From Octopus bimaculoides (lineage: Eukaryota): a stretch of 64,000 bases of DNA. Shown in pieces: positions 38,543-52,061 of this stretch. The first letter of the stretch is position 1; every line of letters starts with the position of its first letter. The notes beneath the pieces are model-generated. The model ran no database searches and was not told the origin of the DNA. It was given only the letters and a program-made list of their open reading frames with translations. Made by a program: the position numbers and the translations under genes. The DNA is taken from assembly GCF_001194135.2 (NCBI RefSeq), contig NC_068994.1:42744373-42808372 (forward strand), in the 5' to 3' direction.

Positions 38543-41500
38543 GTACTCATTTTCAGTTAAGCAAACCAGAGCATTATGATATGTTGAGGCCTAGTTCAAG
38601 GTCACACAATGTGCTGACTTCGTGATAAACTGCATCCATACATACATACATACATACAAACAAAAATATCTTCTTGTTGATGTTGAAATTCCAATGAAGG
38701 AGCCTTGAATTTCGGTTAGAAACCGACTCTTTCTCTATTGGCAAGAAATCTTGAAATAAAACCGAACAATGACATACATACATACATACACAACACAAAA
38801 CCATGTAGACATGAGAAAATAGATGTAAAGTGGGAAGGAAAAAACAATTTAATCTGAATTTTACTATCTTCTGCTTCTTGGATATCATTACAAGTCAATG
38901 AGTAGCACATTAGTAGACTACAAAAACTAAAAGAGAATTGATGGTGAGGAATGAAATACCTAAGGATTTCCATCATTATTTTGCGCAATTCTAAGAGGAG
39001 GTTAGTAAAAGGTTATTCATGATTAAGCTGTTTGTAAAAGTAGAGGAAATGTTTTAAAGTGATTAACCTACTGATCATGAGTGTCAGAAGAGAGATTTAC
39101 ATTTCTTTAGTTTAACATCAATGTCGGTAGCTCATTATAACAAAAGCCGTATTTCCTGAAGTACTGCTATTAATGCTATTGGCCTTTTAGGCTCAATCCT
39201 TAATTGGTGTTTAACACCTTTTTAATGTACTTCTCAAACATTTTATCATTTTTAGCAAAAGTTCTTAAGTAAAAATGAGTAACACTAGAAACACCTATAA
39301 CGAGACTATTTAATGAATATAAAAGAGAAAGAGAAAATTATTGCAGGAAAATAATACATAAATTTTCACTAATTCATAATAAAGATGGCTGCTGTTTTTG
39401 TCTTGTTTAAAGCCGGACAGAAATTATTGCAATTGCTAATTAACTGACAGAAAATGTAAACTTGTTGCAATATTACTATGGCATTGTCTATAAATACTCA
39501 AGAAAGATTACTTCCTTTTATTTTATTTCATTACACTTCTTCTTCTTCTTTCTTCTTCTTTCTTCTACTTTCTTCTTCTTCTTCTTCTTCTCGTTATTAT
39601 TGTTATCATTATTGTTGTTGTTGTTGTTATTGTTATTATTATTATTATTATTTTTATTAAAGAAGTAGTTGTTGTGGCAAATTGTCTTGTAAATCTATGA
39701 CTGAAATATTTGATGATTTCACACTAATGATGCCCAAAACTTACTTGAACTTTGACCTGATAACTATTAAGAGTGAGGTTAATAAGCTAAACCTAAGGTG
39801 TTTTTACTGTTTATTTTTTAAATTTTATTTATTTATTTTTTTACTCAGTGTGTGAAGACTTAAAATCAAAACCTCAAAGCTAGTGAATACCACCACGACC
39901 ACCATCACCACTAGTATAGTTGTATAGAGAAATAGAGCAAAAGGGAGAGAGAGAGAGAGAGGAAGGCGTGAAATGATAAAATGTTGGTCTACTATACATG
40001 AGAGATGAAGATATAGGATTATAGAAATATCGTTATGGAGTTGCTAAGCACTTCTTTCAACAATGACACATTACACTTAAATTAAAACAATGACACATCA
40101 TTGAAAACATTAAAAAAAATTAAGAGATACACTAAAAAAATTATTGATTTGGGCCAGATTTCCAATTTGAGGATAACTTCTTCCATTCCACCCCCACCAG
40201 CTTCAGAGGCTCTCAGAAAATAAAGGTAATAAAAACTGCCCTTCCCTCTCACTAAATGGTAAAGAACAAACCATTTATAGTATGAAATCAAAGACATTAA
40301 ATATCTTCCTCATAATGGAAAATGAAGCATGATCTGTAAATTTATGCATTGAAGTAGAAATAAGGAAATTTATAATAGGTGGAAGTTCTACATGTCCTGT
40401 TAGCGTTGTAATATTTTACTAGGATCTATGCCATTAATTGTAGCTCCTCCCATGCAAAAGTTGGGCTTGTACCTTGTCCCAATAAATAGATATATCAATA
40501 TATCTCTTTCCCAGTAACAACTTGATTTCCTTCCATTTATTCTTTTATACTGTATGCCTTCTTTTATTCTTTTTCTCTCTTTTACTCACACACTATCTTA
40601 CACTGTTTCATTCATTCTTAATACAGAGCTTGTTTTATACAGCACACAAGTGCATTACAAGCTGTTGGAAAACAGTAAAGAGTAGAAGAGAGAAGAGAGT
40701 GTGGCAATATGTCAAGTAAAGAAAGAAGCAATGAAAGCTAAAAGTACATGCATAATGCACAGAATAAAATGCGAAATGACAGAAAAGTGAATAGTAAAAG
40801 AGCCATAAACAGGAAAAAAAAAGGGGGGGTGCAGAAGCATGCCAGGAGCAATGTTGGTAAATTTCAAGGTGCATGGAAATTTTGATGGGTGCAATGTCCC
40901 TCCCCAGAAATTTCAGGCCATGCGTCTATACTAGAAAGAAAGGATGTCAGTTATTTATAAAGAATGACAGGTAGAAGAATAGTGGAATGAATTTCCCAGG
41001 TTGCCAGTTGCCTGAAAAACAGTTAATAAATTTGGTACTCATAGGCTTAATGTAGGGAACAATAAATTTTAATTAAAATTACATTTATGGTGACAAAAAA
41101 ATATTTCAGTTCCTAATTCTGGTCTAAAAAGACAAAGAAAAGTATTCCAAAATTAAAAATAATTAACATTAGCTGCAAGTGAATACAATGGGGAATGAAT
41201 CTAGTCTTTGGCAGCACAGAGACAAAGCATCTTTGATGAGATGCATAAAAAGGGAAAAGAAGAGAAAACACTTTGGAATTAGAATTATTTTATGATCAGT
41301 TTCATTAAAATAGAATAAAAGGATGTACAGTAATAGAAGCAGAAAAGACTTAAACTTAGGTCTGTTGTGTGTCTTAGAATTCATAAAGCCAGAATATAAT
41401 CCATTCTTTAAAGTGTATGGCAGTACTCCACAACCTTTTTTCACTTGTAATACACTTACATTCTTTACAAAATTCAGCAGCACACCTGAACTAAAATTAT

Positions 41501-43232
41501 GACTAAAAGTATAAGGAAAAAATTATATTCAGGTTACACTGCAGCACACCTAGGATTGTCTCGTGGCATGCCAGTATGACACAGCATACCGGTTATGGAG
41601 CACTGGTGCATGGTAGTCTCCTATAGGCCAAGAAAGACGGTTCTGCAATTTCTTGTTGAGAGACCTGTTCAAATGTGATCAAATGTATGTGCTTCATATT
41701 AGCTCACTCCATCTTTTAAATCGATGTTGCCTGAACAGGTGCATAACTGTATCACACATCAGGTGTCGAAGTGATCACAGAGCAACAAGAGTTGAAGTGT
41801 TTTTCTCAAGAACACAATGCATCAGGTGGTCCAGGAGAAAACCCTGTTCTTGCAACTGTAAGTCCAACACATTAGCCACTAGACCAAGCACTCTCACTCC
41901 ATAGTGTAAGAGTGACTGAAGTTACTATATTTTCTCCTGGATAGGATGATGGTCTGTTGCAGAATTAACTTCCCAGCTATTGCTTGAACTTATTTACTGC
42001 TGAGTGAACTGAAGCAATATGGAATGAGATGTTTTACTCAAGAATACAATATAATGCCCAAAATCAAAACCAAAATCTTACATTCAAGAGTGCAACAATC
42101 TAACCACTAGGCTACATTCCTGTCGGAAAAACCAACTTTGGTTCATTAGGTTGTTCAGTAATTAAAAATGAGTGTAATGAAGCAGAAAAGAAGTCAGTAA
42201 TCTATTTCTTATATAAGCACAAAGTTACAGCTTTATAAATAAGATTTTTCAAGATTGTATGGTGTTCAAGCCTTTCTGAATAGTATTAGCACCGTAAGTG
42301 AAATGCAATTTTATAGCTAACAATTGAACTGTGAAAGAATGGAATCTATTTTAGTCTAGTAAACTGAAAGAAGCTGCTATGTGCTTTGCCCAAGGGTGCA
42401 CACTTCAATCTCATGGCCATTAACCTTTTTTGACTATATTTAAGTTGCACGTATGTTATAATTAATTTTTGAAAATAATCAAGAATTCAAAAGGATTTAG
42501 TTAAGTTACTAATTTCACTGTTAATTAAGCTAGTGTTTGGGATTCAATTCGACAAAAAATTTTCAATATAGTTATGACAAAAGGTTTTTAGATACAAATA
42601 TTTTTTAATGATTTTTTTATTTTTTTATCATTGATCCAGACTTGGTTTCATTTAGACTGGTATCAATGGAATTAAGTCATTAGTAATTATTCAAGTTCAT
42701 TTGCATTGTCAATGTTTTGGGAAAGGCTTGAATGTTACAACATCTAATTTCTCCATTCGTTATACCTATGTAAGAATTCAATATCAATGTTAAAAATAGA
42801 AATATTCTTTCTTTTCTCCTTGAAGTCTTCCAGAGGGTCAGATGTTGTAAATATAGGAACAAAAGTGTGAATTACTCAAAACTTATCAAATTTCTTTGAA
42901 AATGCTTTTATCAAATCGAAGATAATATTATTCGGGAGTGTAATAACCAGTCTGGTGGATAAACAGCTTCCAGTCCAGCAGATAAACATCTTTTAATCAA
43001 TTTTACAATAACCAGTTACATACTTCCAGTATTTCTATTACTGGAGTATGGAAGGATGAAACAAACAACACATTATAGATTTTAAGCAATATACTACTGA
43101 TAAAGGTAATGAAGATAATATAGAACTGTTATAGAGCACTGTAGGATAATAGAAATAGGCTAGAAGTGGCTAAAGAGTAACTAGGGCACTGATCATATAT
43201 CTAAGTTCTACCTAAGAGATTCTGTTAAAACT

Positions 43233-43442
43233 TTAACCCTTTTGTTGCCAAATTTCAATTGAAATGCATTGCCTTTGTTTTAATAAATTTTGAAAATAAT
43301 AATGTCATTATTAAGCTGATGTTTGGAACATAGACATGAGGAGGTTTTGATGGAAGCTTTTAATTTAAATCACTTCAAAACAAGAAGTTTGTATGAAAGG
43401 ACCAAAGGCATTCTTGAGTGGTTTGTTATCAAAAAGGGTTAG
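43233..43442. mobile_element. piggyBac-type MITE
   Basis: TTAA-CCCTTTTG...CAAAAAGGG-TTAG; degenerate relative at about 42420-42600. Confidence 0.7.
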
Positions 43443-43812
43443 GCAAGAGCTAATGCACTGATATCACTGGAAAATATATTGCTGATCTTGTTGGTTAACC
43501 CTTCATTAACTTTAATTGAGCAGAACTATGATCAAAAGCATTCAATCTGTGGCCATTTGGTCTGTTTAAGAGTTTGTAAGATGACATAATCTAATGTGTT
43601 CTTCCCTTATTTTGAAGATGTAACGTAGGTGCTGATGTCAAATTCAAAGACAGCTATAATAAGGTAAAACGAATCATGATTTTTATCAAGCGTTCTTTTT
43701 CTTTCCTTCACCCGGGGAGTTTAATCACTATAAAATAAATGAACTGAAATAACAAAAACTGTTCAAAAATTATTAGTACTTGCAAGAATCAGCATCATCC
43801 TCACCACCACCA

Positions 43813-44185
43813 CCACCGTCATTTAATATTTGTTTTTCATGCTAGCATAAGTTGGATGGCTTGACAGATGGCCAGCCAGTGTTGCACCAGGCTCCAACTG
43901 TGTTTTTTGGCATGGTTTTTATGACTGGATGCCCTACCTAAAACCAACCACTTTACAGAATATACTGGGTGATTTTTTTTTTACCTGGCACTAGCACAGG
44001 TACTTTTTACACGGCACAAGCACAGGTATTTTTTATGTGACACTGGCCACAAGTGCTTTTTAACCTGGCACCAGCACCAGTCGAGTCACTAAATAACTTG
44101 CAAGACAATGATCTCTTAATTGAGAGAGAGTGTGGAACCGAGGGAAGTGGTTTTGTGCCAAGCAAGGGTTCGGAGTGTAATGGAC
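43813..44185 (-). mobile_element. family B repeat
   Basis: reverse complement of the RTE-type tail with TGGCAC modules. Confidence 0.8.
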
Positions 44186-44289
44186 ATATGTGAGTGTACA
44201 TTAGTGTTATTAAATATAAGATGTGAAGGATCACCATGTGTAGATGGTTGATAGCAAGATGAAATAGTGTAATAACAACATTGAGGAGG

Positions 44290-44445
44290 AAGAGAATAAT
44301 ATTCACAAATTTTATTTATATTATTTACAATTGACGAATAATTGTCCTCATCTTGTTTGTTGTTAACACAATGTTTCGGCTGATATCCCCTCCAGCCTTC
44401 ATCAGATGTCTTGAGGAAATTTCGAAACTAGGTTCTCATTCTATT
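44290..44445 (-). mobile_element. Penelope-like element terminal fragment
   Basis: AT-rich unit carrying the hammerhead motif at 44366-44409; class inferred from that motif. Confidence 0.6.
44366..44409 (-). ncRNA. minimal type I hammerhead ribozyme motif
   Basis: ACAT-CTGATGA-A-GGCTG(gaggggatat)CAGCC-GAAA-CAT-T-GTGT: intact core, perfect 5-bp stem II, 4-bp stem I; stem III ACAT is one transition from palindromic ACGT. Confidence 0.75.
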
Positions 44446-44559
44446 GGTGGTGATGATGATGATGATGATGAGGAGGAGGAGGGGGAGGAGGACAACGACG
44501 ACAGTGGTGGCAGCAGTGGTGGTGATGATGATGGTGATGATGATGATGATGATGATGAC

Positions 44560-44778
44560 CCTTTCCACTAGAGGCTCAAGGTATGAAATCTTAGGGGAGA
44601 AGGTCTAGGTGATTACATTGAACCCAACGCTCAACTGATACTTATTTTATCAACCCTGAAAAAAGTATGAAAGGCCAAGCAGATTTTGACGAAATTTGAA
44701 CTCAGAATGTAAAGTTGGATGCAATGCTGCAAAGCATTTTGTCCCCTGTGCTAATGTTTCTGCCCGCTTACCACTTTT
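44560..44778 (-). mobile_element. family C SINE
   Basis: reverse complement of 52062-52270. Confidence 0.8.
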
Positions 44779-45304
44779 TCACAAGTAATAATAATAATAA
44801 TAATAATAATAATATGTGTGTTTATGCGTGTGTGTGTGTGAGTCTGTCTCTATGCATGTATGCTTACATAGAGACATACATATATACATACATAGAGACA
44901 TACATACATCTATACTTGTCTGTCTGTATGTATGTATGCGTGTATGTTTGTATGTATGAATATGTATGCGTATAAAGAATTGTTGAAAAGTCAGTACAAT
45001 GCAAATTTAATATAAAGCAGGAGTGGAAACCAATTTAAGGAAAACAGAACAACAGTTTGCCCTTATATTTCAATATTTTGAGATTAAGACCCTTCTGTCA
45101 GAAGAAACTGAAGGGAATAGTTTGAGAATAGTGTAAGGAAAAAGTGTATGTATAAATATACATATATATATGTAAGTGTGTATATATAGAGACAGAGAAA
45201 GGGAGAAAGGGAGATGGGTGTTTCTGACAAAGATGTCGAATGTTTTTAACATGATAATTACTCTTGTTTTTGTTTTGAAAAGTCATGGTTAGAATGTGCT
45301 TATG

Positions 45305-45400
45305 TCTTTTGAAAATCCTTTGAGAAATTTCCTCAAATACCCTGCTCCATTGATTCACACTTAACACAAACATCATATATAAACCTTCTGTAAACAGAAC
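45305..45400 (-). other. copy 1 of a locally duplicated exon-like segment (GLYMMFVLSVNQWSRVFEEISQRIFKR)
   Basis: 65/83 nt identical to 46183-46265, same gttctgtttacag acceptor. Confidence 0.6.
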
Positions 45401-45966
45401 TATTCTTCCAATTCACTCCTTTCTTATATAAACTATTGGAATTGAGGTAGTGCCAAATGTCGGTGGGGCAAATGTAGTGAAACCCTTTCCATGCTGGCAA
45501 GGGATCAATCTTAAAAACAATAATGACAATGACTGAGAAAGGTGGTTGTGGGTGGCTGTGGCTGAGGCGGTTGGGGAAAACAGTTGAGGTTCAGTAATGT
45601 CAATAAGAAAAAAATGGATGAGTGAAAGGGAGAAGAATTTGATAAGAATGAGTGAGAAATAGTAATGAAATGGTTTGTTATCTTGTTTGCTGTTTGCCAT
45701 TCTGATAGTTCTGTAAAACAAAACATGCATACACACTCACACACACACAAGCATAAACACACATACACACACGCGCACACTCACACACACTCACATGGTG
45801 CACAGATGTAAATATTTGGATCTCTGTTAAAGGAAAATGTGTGAATGTTATTCTGTGGTTATGTTTCTGTGTTGTTTTCTCTCCTTCTTTTTTGCTCTCT
45901 CAGTCTCTCACTTCCTTATGAGCAAATGTACATGTGCATATGTGTGATCAAGCACATCTGTGGGAT

Positions 45967-46026
<60 letters not shown>

Positions 46027-46179
46027 CATACACACACATACATACATACATACATACATACATACATACAAGCATACATACAAACATACATACATACATA
46101 CATACATACACACACACATACATACATACATATATACATGTATGTATATTTTTGTTTTGAACATTATGGTTGGAATGTG

Positions 46180-46278
46180 CTATCTTTTGAAAATCCTTTC
46201 ACAAATCTTCACAAATATCTTGCTCCATTGGTTCAAATTTGTCATGAACATTTCATACAAACCTTCTGTAAACAGAAC
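46180..46278 (-). other. copy 2 of the duplicated exon-like segment (GLYEMFMTNLNQWSKIFVKICERIFKR-stop)
   Basis: see copy 1. Confidence 0.6.
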
Positions 46279-47133
46279 ATATGTATATCTATATCTTTTT
46301 CTCTTTCTCACTCACATTTTTTTGTTATCCATATTGTTTTTGTTTTCCATATGTTATTTAACATAGTAAATACTGAACAAATATTCATACTCTTTTATTA
46401 TGTCCAAAACAATGCTCTATGTTGCTAAGGTAATGAATTCTAGTTTACAAGTTGAAAACATAGTCGAACTGTTATTTGACCATTAGGTGACAGCTGGAAT
46501 AATTGATTAACAGCTTAATAATTGAGTCTACATACTTCCAAAATTGGATTTCTGTTTTATTTCACAATACAAATGAGATAAAATGTTGAATGTGTATTTG
46601 AGAAAGATTTGGTTGTATTTCTAGCAGCTTTCTACAACCACGTAGAACCCCTGACATAATAATAAAAATGAGTTTATTTTATGCAGTTTTCATTTGCACT
46701 AAAACTCACGGGAAATGAGTAAAACAGAAAGCTGCAATAATTCAAATAAGTTAAGACAGTAATGGAAGCCATAATTTCAGGTACAGCTGATAGTATAAAA
46801 CATATAAAGACAGAAAAGTGAACAGTAAAAGAACCATAAAGAGGAAAAGGTGCATGGGTACGTCAGGAGTGATATTGGTGAATTTCAGAAGGCATGAAAT
46901 TCTTGAAGGTTGCAGTATCCTCACTGCTGACAGTTGACATGGGTAATTTATTCTATTTTTTGACTATACTGAAGATAGAAATTATTTCCAAAAGTTATGG
47001 TTCCTTTTCTGAGTTTTGATTTTACCAGTACCATATTAAAAGCACCTATGCTGGCACCGCATAAAAGTGATCATGCTGGTGTCATGTAAAAGCACTTGTA
47101 CTTGTGCTATATAAAAAAAAATAAACACTTACA

Positions 47134-47295
47134 GGTGCAGGAGTGGCTGTGTAGTAAGTAGCTTGCTTACCGACCACATGGTTCCGGGTTCATTCTCACT
47201 GTGTGGCACCTTGGGCAAGTGTCTTCTGCTATAGCCTCGGGCCGACCAATGCCTTGTGAGTGGATTTGGTAGACGGAAACTGAAGGAAGTCCGTT
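47134..47295 (+). mobile_element. family A SINE head
   Basis: matches 1143-1300. Confidence 0.9.
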
Positions 47296-47346
47296 GTATA
47301 TATGTATTTATATGTATGTGTGTGTGTGTGTGTGTGTATGTCAAAC

Positions 47347-47394
47347 GAAGGCCTTGATGAATACCACAAGGTATGAAAATACGTATTCGCCTTT
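47347..47394 (+). ncRNA. type I hammerhead-like motif with one extra core base
   Basis: GAAGGC-CTTGATGA-ATACC(acaa)GGTAT-GAAA-ATACGTATT-C-GCCTTT: all three stems pair; stem III is palindrome AATACGTATT; UUC triplet. Confidence 0.7.
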
Positions 47395-47763
47395 ATATAT
47401 TTAATTCTTTATATTGAACACTCAATATTTCATATATTCAATAAGACATTCAATACTTCATTTCATTGTACCATCTATTTTTATATTATATATTCCATAT
47501 TCTATATCCCACATTAATTTNNNNNNNNNNNNNNNNNNNNNNNNNNNNNNNNNNNNNNNNNNNNNNNNNNNNNNNNNNNNNNNNNNNNNNNNNNNNNNNN
47601 NNNNNNNNNNNNNNNNNNNNNNNNNNNNNNNNNNNNNNNNNNNNNNNNNNNNNNNNNNNNNNNNNNNNNNNNNNNNNNNNNNNNNNNNNNNNNNNNNNNN
47701 NNNNNNNNNNNNNNNNNNNNNNNNNNNNNNNNNNNNNNNNNNNNNNNNNNNNNNNNNNNNNNN

Positions 47764-47805
<42 letters not shown>

Positions 47806-47892
47806 TATGTATGTATATGTGTATGCATGTATATGTGTGTATATATGTATGCATGTGTGTATGCATGGATGTATGTATGTATGTATGTATAT

Positions 47893-48030
47893 GACAAGTT
47901 TCTGTCTATGAAATCCACTCACAATGCTTTGGTTGCCTTGTGGTTTTTGTAAAAGACATGTGCTGAAAATGCCAAGCTGTGGGAGTGAACCTAAAACCAT
48001 GTGGTTGGGAAGCTGATTTCTTCACTACAC
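47893..48030 (-). mobile_element. family A SINE head, degenerate
   Basis: reverse complement of family A head. Confidence 0.8.
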
Positions 48031-48724
48031 ATCCATTTCTGTGCTTTATATGTAAAAAAATTTCGATTATTAGTATTAACATATTTAGCATTTTTTTTTC
48101 TCTGTCATTTATTTTTATGTGCAAAAAACGAAGGCTAATAAGGTATAAAACTGCAGAGTATATTGTGTCTCAATAAAGAAAACTTTCACTGCACATGTAA
48201 GCTGTCACAGTTAATTAATGAGGCACTGGTCAAAATGTAACCTTCTAGGCATCTAGAAAGAAGTAGCGAGTTTACACTCTCTCAGAGAAACAACTGCTCA
48301 CAAACGAAAACTTTCCCAAGCTAAACATTTCTTTTTACAGATCAATTTTTAACCTTTAGCAAATTGAAAGTGTACTCACTGCATATTTTCAATTGCTAAA
48401 ATAATCATTCATATCAAACTTATTTGCTTCTCATCCATTATCTTCCTTCCTACCACCAGTTAGCTGTAATCTCATCATTGGTTTTTTTCTCTTGTACTTG
48501 TTAACACAAAGTGTTATCTCTCATTTTTATTTATTTTATTCTATTTATCTTTCAATTTCACCTTTTTCTTTTTTTATTTAACAGTTTTATAATACCCACC
48601 AATACACTAAATTGGACTAGCCTGAAGCAATAAAATGTAACATTTTCCATGCTGTATGAAAACCAGTTGAGTCTGAAATTCTACAATTAATAAAACCCAA
48701 ACTTCTGAAACAAGATAATGTTTT

Positions 48725-48774
<50 letters not shown>

Positions 48775-50125
48775 TATTACTACTATCATCATCATCATTA
48801 TTTGTTCATTTGTGTTTTTGTTGTTTATGTTTTTAGGTTTTAATTTTTTTTTTTCAAATATCTTTTTTAAACATTCCAGCAGTTGTTTGATCATCAAAGT
48901 AAAAAAGTGTATTTTTTTATTTTATTTATTTATTTTTTTTATTTTTATTTTTATGAGAGTCATTTCATCCTAATTTCTCTGACCATTCGTCTGTAAAATG
49001 AAAATAAAATGTTTATTCTCATCCAAAATATGTAGTTTATTACCTGATTGAAAATTGGTATCAGAAGACATAACTAGATATATATATATTTAACAAATGT
49101 GTTTCTCGCAAATTCATATTTTGTATCGATAAAATCATTTGCCAATATGATCTTGTGAAAGCATTTATTGATATTTTATTAATGATGGAAATGTTATATT
49201 TATCATTTAGTTATATCACGGCTATTGCGGTAGATAAACAAATCATTTCTTTTGTTCCATTTTAAGTCTATTTTCCACGCGAAGATAAACAGGTCTATAA
49301 GGTCAGACATTTGAAAGTGTTGTAGGCTGGAGTATTGTTGTTTTTGTTTCTATATATTTTTTTTTCCAGGTAATTTTCTTTGCTAACATTGACTATTCTA
49401 TTATATGATAAGGATTGTATTTATGGTTTAGCTACAACTGAAGCACATATTCCCTGTTGTCTTGCACAAAGACTTGATACAAAATGCATCGTAGTAATAC
49501 ATGGTTTAAAACTATGAATTATGGGTTAAAAGTACACATTAATTATTTAACTGCCATACCCAAGAAATAGAATCTAGCATCCAGATAAATACCTGTGGAA
49601 CACGAGATTCAATCTTTTATAAACAGTGAAATCACTTAGAAATCAGAATCAACATGAGATGGATTTCACTGAATCGTTAAATCTGATTAAGATAAAATTA
49701 CATTCAGAATCAAGAAGTGGTAAATGTTAATGATGGAAGTAGATATTAGAGATCTATTGTATTTTTCTTTTATAGTTCTTGTTTTTGCTTACAAATTCAA
49801 ACATTTTGTATTTCAAATCCAGTAGGCACAGTTTATGCTTGTTGCTTTACTTTGTGCAATTGTCATCATCATCCTCATCATCAGTATCACCATCAACATC
49901 ACTCCACCATTGTCATCATTGTTGTAACCGTCATTGTCATCATTGTCATCATCGTCATCATCATTGTCACCACCCCTGCCACCACCACCACCACCACCAC
50001 CACCAGCACTAGGGAAGTCATCTTGCAGCATGCAAGATTTAAAGAGCACAAAAAGTCCTCCAAGACTCAATGAAAAATAAGAGATAGATAGACAAACAGA
50101 CAGATGGATAGATAGATAGATAGAT

Positions 50126-50168
<43 letters not shown>

Positions 50169-50786
50169 TATAAATAGATAGATAGATAGATAGACAGATA
50201 AATAAATAGATAGATAGAGAGAGAGAAAGTAGTGATATTACGTGAGGCAATGAGTGATAGTAAAGTAGGATCAGAGTATCAGATTTATTGTTGTGAGTGC
50301 GTAGTGATGGAAAGAGTAACAGTGTAGACACTGTTAGAGGAGTGGGGGATTGGATGAGCAAATATGAGAGGGATTAGTGTCAGAAGTTAATGAGGAGAGA
50401 ATGACAGGGTAGTAAGTGGAATGGGTTTTGTAGTGGGATCCTGTGCTATCCTACCTTATAAGGGCACATAGGTGGAAGGAACATGAAAGATGAAGAGATT
50501 AATGTGGTGAGGATTCAAGAAGGTCATTGAAGGTAAAGGAGTGGTGGGGGAGAGGGGGAGAGATGAGGGGATGTGAAGCTGTGGGTAGAGGACAGTGAGA
50601 CAAAAGGTAGACAAAGGGTGAATGGGCAGTGGATGAATGTAATGAGGGAAAGAGAGACTGGAGGATGCCATGGAGGTGAAGGTGAAGTCTTTGAAGAGAG
50701 AACAGGAAGGAAGCAGTGGGCGAATGCAGAAAGAGCATCCCATTTATTAACGTTACCTTTATTAACATTCTTGCTACCATGCTTAC

Positions 50787-50836
50787 CTGAATGCATTGGT
50801 TGTCACCAGTACACCAACAAAATAACTAAGAAAATA
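50787..50836 (-). CDS. candidate exon (YFLSYFVGVLVTTNAF, or UTR with a late ATG giving MHS)
   Basis: strong acceptor (tttttttcctcaccacataattttcag) and CAG/gtaagc donor; the best splice-signal pair I found. Confidence 0.5.
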
Positions 50837-52061
50837 CTGAAAATTATGTGGTGAGGAAAAAAATAGGAGCTCAATAACTTCTTGATTTAATCTGATCTTA
50901 GTCAGTATGGGACACAACTCTGAGCATGTTTCAGTCTCATTAGAACTTCTCAACAAAGTGTAGCCTTTATCATTAATTACCAAACTAGGAATAAGAGAAT
51001 TGCTATATTAATGTTCAATAAGCTACAAGAATAGGCACCAAATATTATGATAATGACTGTTCAACTGTTCTTGTTGTGTCTGTTATTAAGAAACTGTCTA
51101 CAACTCCAATGAATGAATATACTTTCCTTTCATCTAAAATAAATAGTCATTTGTTATGATTTTTATGCTATATAGTGTTAACCATTCCAGAGATTAGATC
51201 TTTTGCATCAAAATACATTAGAAATATGCTGCACTTCAAAATTATTTAGTTTATGTAGCAGATGTTTATTCCTCTCCCTACACTTTCCTGCATTTTCCCT
51301 TAAATTGCCACATGGAGCTGGATTCCTACGATGCGGTACCTTGCCATAGGCATTATATATTATATCAACGAAAGAAATGCATCATTCAGCTTACACTTTG
51401 GTCTCTCAAACTAACAATTAAATGTATTTTCTTGATTGATTAGATTGAATCTTCCAGAGAAAACACATCTGCAGCAAATGTTAATGAAATGCCAAATGTT
51501 ATTTAGTTATATAATAAATACCTAGATAAAATATGGATTCAAAACGGGCAAAATAGTCATAAATTAGATATACTACATGATATATATGTAATGATTTGGA
51601 AGTTAGGTAAAACATCTTGTTTAACAATAACTACTTTGATAATTTAGTGTTAGAAATGTATTTATTGCTACTGTTGCTAGTGTTGATATTAAATGTTCTT
51701 GGTAGAACTGTTGCTGCATATGTGCAAGCAGAACTGTGTGATTAAGAAATTGGCATTGCAGTCACATTGTTCTGAGTCCAATCCAACACTGCACTATACC
51801 TTGCATAAAAGTGTCTTTTAATATAGCCTTTTGTTTACCAATTCTTCCTTGTAAGTAGAATTCAATAGGCAGAAACTGCACAAGCCAGTATGTATGTATG
51901 TATGTATGTATTATCTTTCTATCTTTTTCTTGTTTCAGTCATTAGACTGCAGCTATGCAGGGCACCACATTGGAGAATTTTTATTTAAATGAAATTACTC
52001 CAGTAGTTAATTTTTAAAGCCTCTTATTTAATCTATTGTTCTCCTTTGTTGAACTGAGGCG

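Noticed and set aside
45075-45105. Minus-strand CTGACAGAAGGGTCTTAATCTCAAAA
   Set aside because: Possibly a decayed Penelope-type core, but several invariant positions are lost
50250-50760. Possible CR1/L2-like LINE remnant or proline/serine-rich ORFs
   Set aside because: Only compositional similarity; no diagnostic motif I can vouch for
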